From assembly GCA_963811105.1 (NCBI GenBank), contig CAWEPZ010000011.1, forward strand, positions 672,001 through 736,000: a stretch of DNA of 64,000 bases. The letters are read 5' to 3'. This stretch comes from Candidatus Bathyarchaeota archaeon. Its GTDB lineage: Archaea > Thermoproteota > Bathyarchaeia > Bathyarchaeales > Bathycorpusculaceae. The stretch's first letter is position 1. The number at the start of each line of letters is the position of its first letter. The translations under genes and the position numbers were made by a program. Under the pieces are notes generated by a model, which saw only the letters and a list, made by a program, of their open reading frames with translations, did no database searches and was not told where the DNA came from. Shown here piece after piece: positions 59,598 through 64,000 of the stretch.

Positions 59598-59885
59598 ATG
59601 ACAGAAAAATCTAATGATGTAGTATTCGTTGGAAACAAACCACCTATGAGCTATGTTCTCGCTCTCATCACAGCATTCTCTTCAGGGCAAAAAGAAATAA
59701 CCCTAAAAGCAAGAGGACAAGCAATAACCACAGCCGTTGACGTTGCAGAAATAACAAGAAGTCGTTTCATAAAAGACACAAAGGTTAGCAAAATCGCAAT
59801 CGGAACCGCAGAGATGCCACCACGAGAAGGCGAAAATAGGTCCCGGATGGTTTCAACAATCGAGATTAGTCTCGCAAAAGAATAA
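59598..59885 (+). CDS. albA: DNA/RNA-binding protein Alba
   Basis: VFVGNKPPMSYV, KARGQAITTAVDVAE, VSTIEISL; GGAGTG RBS. Confidence 0.96.
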   Translation: MTEKSNDVVFVGNKPPMSYVLALITAFSSGQKEITLKARGQAITTAVDVAEITRSRFIKDTKVSKIAIGTAEMPPREGENRSRMVSTIEISLAKE

Positions 59886-59940
59886 TCTACGATAACCACC
59901 ACTAAACTGGGAGTTTTTTAACCTCTCAAACCTTTTTACA

Positions 59941-60804
59941 TTAAAGTTTTGTTTTGCGTCTGTCTTTTAAGTAAGCATCAACTTTTTCAACTATTTCCAT
60001 AAAAGCCTTAGCAGCAGATGAGTCCTTGTCGGCAATAACAAAAGGCTGTCCCTTATCAGAATCTGCACCTACTTTGGGGTCAATTGGGATGCTGCCTAGA
60101 AATGGAACTCTAACTTCTTGTGCCATCTTTTTGCCGCCGCCTGACTGGAAAATCTCAGTTTTTTGTCCACAATGGGGACAGACAAAACCGCTCATGTTCT
60201 CCACTACGCCGATTATCGGCATATTTAGTCGCTCAGCAAAAGTAATGGCTTTCCTAACAACGATGCTTGACAGTACTGTTGGCATAGTCACTATTACCAC
60301 ACCGTCTAAATCAGGCAAAAGTTGAGCAATACTTAATGGTTCATCACCTGTCCCAGGCGGCAAATCGATAAAGAGAAAATCAAGTTCCCCCCAAACAATA
60401 TCGACTAGGAACTGGCGAATAGCCCTCATTTTTAATGGTCCACGCCAAATTGTTGGAGCCTCCTCCGGCAAAAAGAAATCAATAGACATAACTTTCAAAC
60501 CTAAGGGACCGTCAACAGGTAAAGCACCTGAAGGACCGGTCTTAACCTGACTCCCTTCCAAGCCTAGAAGCCTTGGAACACTAGGACCATGAATATCCGC
60601 GTCTAAAACACCAACCTTAAAGCCTTTTTGCGCAAAAGCCGAGGCAAGGTTAACAGTTGCAGTACTCTTGCCTACTCCACCTTTACCACTTATAATGGCG
60701 ATTTTGTATTTGATTTTTCCCATTCTATCTTTTAGATTCTGCTGCTCCCCTGATTGTTGTTGTCTATAAGCTTCAAGCTGAGCCAAATTTCTCTCTAAAG
60801 CCAT
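59941..60804 (-). CDS. Mrp/NBP35 (ApbC) Fe-S carrier ATPase
   Basis: SGKGGVGKST, DADIHGPS, WRGP, DLPPGTGDE, ENMSGFVCPHC. Confidence 0.95.
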   Translation of the reverse strand: MALERNLAQLEAYRQQQSGEQQNLKDRMGKIKYKIAIISGKGGVGKSTATVNLASAFAQKGFKVGVLDADIHGPSVPRLLGLEGSQVKTGPSGALPVDGPLGLKVMSIDFFLPEEAPTIWRGPLKMRAIRQFLVDIVWGELDFLFIDLPPGTGDEPLSIAQLLPDLDGVVIVTMPTVLSSIVVRKAITFAERLNMPIIGVVENMSGFVCPHCGQKTEIFQSGGGKKMAQEVRVPFLGSIPIDPKVGADSDKGQPFVIADKDSSAAKAFMEIVEKVDAYLKDRRKTKL

Positions 60805-60883
60805 AAAAAAAACCTCGCAAACGCTGATATGTTTGATTCTTAAGTAAACTAAAATAGTTTCTGGTCTCTCATTTTACTCTTAG

Positions 60884-61366
60884 CTAAAGCTTATAGCCTA
60901 TTTTTCGTATGAAGTCTCGTCTTTCCTTTATGTCTGCCTCATTTTCTATGCCTTTGCTTTTTGAACCGTCAACAACACCTACGATGCCTCTTCCTTGAGA
61001 TGTTTCGGCAATAATTACTTCCAGCGGGTTAGCTGTAGCCGCAAGAACTGTACACACTTCTGGCACTCTTTTGATTTTGTCTAAGACATTCAGCGGATAA
61101 GCATTTTTAATCAAAATTACAAAGCTATGGCCGCAACCGATTTCGAAAGCTTTCTCCGCAGCCATGCGCCGAAGTTCCTCGTCATTTCCTTCATGTCTGA
61201 CAAGACAGGGTCCTGAGCTCTCACAGAAGCCGACGCCGAATTTGATTGTAGGAACGGAATTCACTAGTGCTTCATAGAGGTCTTCTGCGGTTTTAATAAA
61301 ATGGGCCATGCCAAGGATGGTGTTACAGTCTTTAGGCGGATCAATTTTAACCGTTTTTAGATCCAA
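60884..61366 (-). CDS. Adenosine-specific kinase family protein
   Basis: [43 protein letters not shown]. Confidence 0.85.
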   Translation of the reverse strand: MDLKTVKIDPPKDCNTILGMAHFIKTAEDLYEALVNSVPTIKFGVGFCESSGPCLVRHEGNDEELRRMAAEKAFEIGCGHSFVILIKNAYPLNVLDKIKRVPEVCTVLAATANPLEVIIAETSQGRGIVGVVDGSKSKGIENEADIKERRDFIRKIGYKL

Positions 61367-61537
61367 ACGTTAAACCTCTTTGTTAGAACACTTAACTTCG
61401 CTTGAAGATATAACTTTATTAAAAGAACTTGCCGATTTTCTCGCAAATTTTAGCTAAAGTAAGCAGCTATTTGGTGTTTTGTGCTTGTTTTTGTAAAGAT
61501 AAATCTTACATCCATCTTTGCATTGGATAGATGCGTC

Positions 61538-61558
61538 GTGCAAAAACGGTTTTTGCAC
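61538..61558. promoter_or_regulatory. Perfect 21-bp palindrome GTGCAAAAAC-G-GTTTTTGCAC
   Basis: 10-bp arms, 30 nt upstream of the CxxC-x17-CxxC gene. Confidence 0.45.
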
Positions 61559-61587
61559 AATAAAACAGATAGAAGAGTTGAAAAGTA

Positions 61588-61731
61588 GTGTCGGGAAAAG
61601 AAATGTTCAAGGCAACTTGCGCTGAATGCAACAAAGAATGTGAAGTTCCGTTCAAACCTGACCCAAATAGGCCTGTTTACTGCCGAGAATGCTTTGCTAA
61701 AAAACGTCCAGCAAGGCCAAGACGATATTAA
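61588..61731 (+). CDS. CxxC-x17-CxxC zinc-ribbon small protein (not in ORF track)
   Basis: Manual translation (M)SGKEMFKATCAECNKECEVPFKPDPNRPVYCRECFAKKRPARPRRY*. Confidence 0.9.
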   Translation: MSGKEMFKATCAECNKECEVPFKPDPNRPVYCRECFAKKRPARPRRY

Positions 61732-61870
61732 GCTTAACCGCTTTTCTCATTTAGAATCTCTAATTTATTATTTATTTTTTTATGCTTATATATCGATTGT
61801 CATTTTCAAGCATTTTCTATTCGAACAAAAGCTAAATATGATTGAGTGGTTAATCAATGGGAAAAGGTAA

Positions 61871-61944
61871 GGGCTGGTAGTTCAGCTGGCATGAACGCTT
61901 GACTTGCACTCAAGAGGTCGGGGGTTCAAATCCCCCCCAGTCCA
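61871..61944 (+). tRNA. tRNA-Ala(TGC)
   Basis: GGGCTGG/CCAGTCC acceptor with G3:U70; anticodon arm CTTGA-CTTGCAC-TCAAG; T-loop TTCAAAT; no encoded CCA. Confidence 0.95.
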
Positions 61945-62001
61945 CTTCAACATTGAAAACTCAACACCTCGGTACTCTTAAAGAAAAATTTGTAGCAGTT
62001 C

Positions 62002-62174
62002 TCATTTACGTTTTTTGAAGATTTTGTTTCCATTTAAGTCGCAGACGTATTCAAAGCCTGCTTCTATGAGTTTGCAAGCTTCTTCTTCAGAGTGGGCTAC
62101 TGCGGCTAAGAAGTCATCGTCTTTGATGCTGATAAGCTGTGTATATAGCATGGTGCATTTAGCGATTTGTGGCA
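62002..62174 (-). pseudogene. C-terminal remnant of a tyrosine recombinase/integrase
   Basis: (C)HKSL/(K)CTMLYTQLISIKDDDFLAAVAHSEEEACKLIEAGFEYVCDLNGNKIFKKRK* resembles the box II GH...T..Y region plus C-tail of archaeal integrases. It has a 1-nt deletion, lacks the 5' part, and ends 57 nt from tRNA-Ala. Confidence 0.7.
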
Positions 62175-62213
62175 ATAGGACTTTAGAAAAGGTTTAGACG
62201 AATCAAGAGTTTT

Positions 62214-63590
62214 TTATAATAGATTCGATTTTCTCATTTTTCTTAGTCTTGATTTAATTGCGCTTCTTTGTCTTTGATGTTTCTTTGCTATTTCATTTAC
62301 GGTTAAATTTTCATTGTATTCAGCAAGCAGTTGTTTGTCTTCAGCTTCAGACCAACTCTCATATGCTCGTGCATATTTCAATCTGATTCTTTCAACATCG
62401 TATGCCTTATTATTTACTCCAGAAAGCAACCCACCTTTTGGTTTTTCTATAAAATTAGACGACCATAGATCTCGATTGTCCGACTCTGTTACTCGAAAGA
62501 AAGATGCTGAACCATTTTTCTCTGAAACGTTCACTATGTATTTCTCTTTAGCGGAAAGCATAGCTAACTTACGCCTGTCCTTTAAACTCGTCATCAAATG
62601 CATTTTTTGCTTTTTCCTTCTTATTTGAAATGCGGCAATTATTTGGCTTCCCTCTTTCCAAACAACGCTTATGAATCTATTTGAACCATCATTTAGAAGG
62701 TTGGGGACTTCATACTCAGTGTAAGAGTTAAAACCTATGTCTTTTCCCATTTTCCAGATTTTTAGTGCAGCCTTTTTTCTAACATCTGTACCCGGTTCAA
62801 CGTGCCAGAATGCTCGAGAAATCATTGATTCATTTGATATATCTGATCTTTGAAGCCCGATGAATTCCTCTTCAATCAATGTTGATTGGTCTTTTTGCTG
62901 GATATTTGCGCTGGGTATTGCTGAAGCGGTGGAGGAGTTGTTTTCTCGAAAAGCCTGAAGTTCAGGTTTGTTTTTTGAATATTCTTTAACTATTTTGTCT
63001 ATTCCAAAGTTTCTAATTAATTGAGAGACTGTTCGTTTTGTTCTAAACGCCATCATACTTTCTGAAGAATCAAATTGAGCAAGAATATTGAGACTGCCAT
63101 AATAAACCACAGAATTATCAACTAAGGCAATCTTGAAGTGGAATCTATCAAAGGCTTCATCGAATCCGAAATCCTTAGAAGCAAAAATGACATGTATACC
63201 CATTTTAGACAAATCATCAATAACTTCATTGTGCTCTTTTTTCCTAGTAATAACATAAATTGGAATATTTTTTCGGATCACCCGCTGAAAATCCTCTTGC
63301 AGTGTTTCAACCCGCTTTCTTGAAATAAATGGACTAAAAATTACCACTCTAGACATTGCCTTGTTCATATCATCTAAGAAAGCAGAGTAAAAGTCGGTTT
63401 GGTCATATATCGTAAATGAAGCATCTTTAACGAAATTATTTTTGTTGAAAGAGGTGCTCATTTCAAAAGGGCAGTATCCGGTTATGTTTGAATCTACGAT
63501 TTCTCCGCTTTGCTGTATTTTTTCAAGTACTTGTGGAACAGCGTCATTAGCCCCAAAATTCTTAGTAATGTAGTCACTATTGCCAACCAA
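62214..63590 (-). CDS. C-terminal part of a helicase fusion: PLD-like nuclease, degenerate PD-(D/E)XK-like region and HTH
   Basis: IFSPFI; FHFKIALVD...GSLN (HKD); EYEV...ISVVW...AFQI; WSEAEDKQL...IAKKHQRQRSAIKSRL. Confidence 0.75.
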   Translation of the reverse strand: MVGNSDYITKNFGANDAVPQVLEKIQQSGEIVDSNITGYCPFEMSTSFNKNNFVKDASFTIYDQTDFYSAFLDDMNKAMSRVVIFSPFISRKRVETLQEDFQRVIRKNIPIYVITRKKEHNEVIDDLSKMGIHVIFASKDFGFDEAFDRFHFKIALVDNSVVYYGSLNILAQFDSSESMMAFRTKRTVSQLIRNFGIDKIVKEYSKNKPELQAFRENNSSTASAIPSANIQQKDQSTLIEEEFIGLQRSDISNESMISRAFWHVEPGTDVRKKAALKIWKMGKDIGFNSYTEYEVPNLLNDGSNRFISVVWKEGSQIIAAFQIRRKKQKMHLMTSLKDRRKLAMLSAKEKYIVNVSEKNGSASFFRVTESDNRDLWSSNFIEKPKGGLLSGVNNKAYDVERIRLKYARAYESWSEAEDKQLLAEYNENLTVNEIAKKHQRQRSAIKSRLRKMRKSNLL

Positions 63591-64000
63591 AATGAACTTT
63601 CCAATAGCTCTTGATATTGCAACGTTGATTAGTCTTCCAGGCTCCGATTTTTTGAAAGGGCCCCCGGGTAAGCTTTCCAGGGTTCAAAGGCTTTCCCTCA
63701 ACAAGATCGAATATTATACAGTCTCTTTCGTTTCCTTGAAAACGGTGAACCGTAGAAGCAACAATTAAACTGGGAATCCGCATCCTTATCATCAAGTATT
63801 TTATTTATTAAGTCTGGCTTGAGCTTTGTAAGGTGTAACAATACCAACACTAATTCGAATGCCTTGTTTTGCTCCTTCTTCTCCGCATTTCAGGGCTAAA
63901 CTGGTTGAAACAACCGCTGAATATGGACTCATTCGGGAGTAGGAATTTTTCGGTCTAGATATGAATGGATCGGTGGTTGTTGTATCACAAAATATGAGTG
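63591..64000 (-). pseudogene. SF1 (UPF1/DNA2-like, AAA_12) helicase domain with three +1 frameshifts, continuous with 62214-63590
   Basis: VGIVTPYKAQARL / INKILDDKDADSQ / LIVASTVHRFQGNERDCIIFD / RLINVAISRAIGKFILVGN, with shifts at ~63809, ~63768 and ~63656. Confidence 0.8.

Larger units (their letters stand above)
61945..64000. mobile_element. Probable end of an island integrated at tRNA-Ala (continues beyond the window)
   Basis: tRNA 3' end, then integrase remnant, then an AT-rich helicase-nuclease gene. Confidence 0.5.

Noticed and set aside
61640-61870. 76-aa + strand ORF
   Set aside because: Out-of-frame overlap with the recognisable CxxC-x17-CxxC gene, running on into an AT-rich intergenic region.
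62015-62197. 60-aa + strand ORF
   Set aside because: Antisense to the integrase remnant.
63591-63810. Programmed ribosomal frameshifting in the helicase gene
   Set aside because: Three separate +1 insertions within ~160 nt and no slippery-site/structure signal; sequencing error or decay is more parsimonious.

Overview
Archaeal chromosome segment, most consistent with Bathyarchaeia (TACK). This is an inference from GatDE, Elp3, eS30, eS4/eL19/eL32, Rpp29, Alba, RPA, Lsm and large membrane-anchored PQQ-like beta-propeller proteins. In order: (1) 0-12.4 kb, translation/RNA genes (pyrI, RIO2, Lsm, a pair of paralogous winged-helix proteins, gatE-gatD-elp3, eS30 missed by the ORF track, a YHS protein, a DEAD-box helicase). 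(2) 12.8-22.3 kb, a surface cluster with two ~900-aa propeller paralogs flanking a CARDB-like surface protein, a membrane-anchored SGNH hydrolase and a frameshifted acyltransferase-3. This may be an archaeal cell-surface O-acetylation module. (3) 22.5-34.2 kb, the uL22 to secY ribosomal cluster. It is interrupted by a divergent Hsp20 gene between uL30 and uL15, and several r-proteins carry long K/E/A/P-rich tails, including a perfect 18-bp x14.7 repeat in uL18. (4) hypE, GT39 and hypDCF, an acyl-CoA ligase broken by a TAA stop, tRNA-Met with a non-canonical 45/46 intron, and anchored arylsulfotransferase-like and phosphatase-like proteins. (5) Hsp20, SWIM, two DUF131 genes, RPA, ferredoxin, an LLM oxidoreductase, ilvD, an AT-rich decayed patch, leuA/cimA, Alba and Mrp. 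(6) tRNA-Ala followed by an integrase remnant and an SF1 helicase-PLD nuclease fusion, probably a defence island. Several single-base frameshifts lie in homopolymers and may be sequencing errors. All assignments come from motif recognition by eye; no database searches were run.
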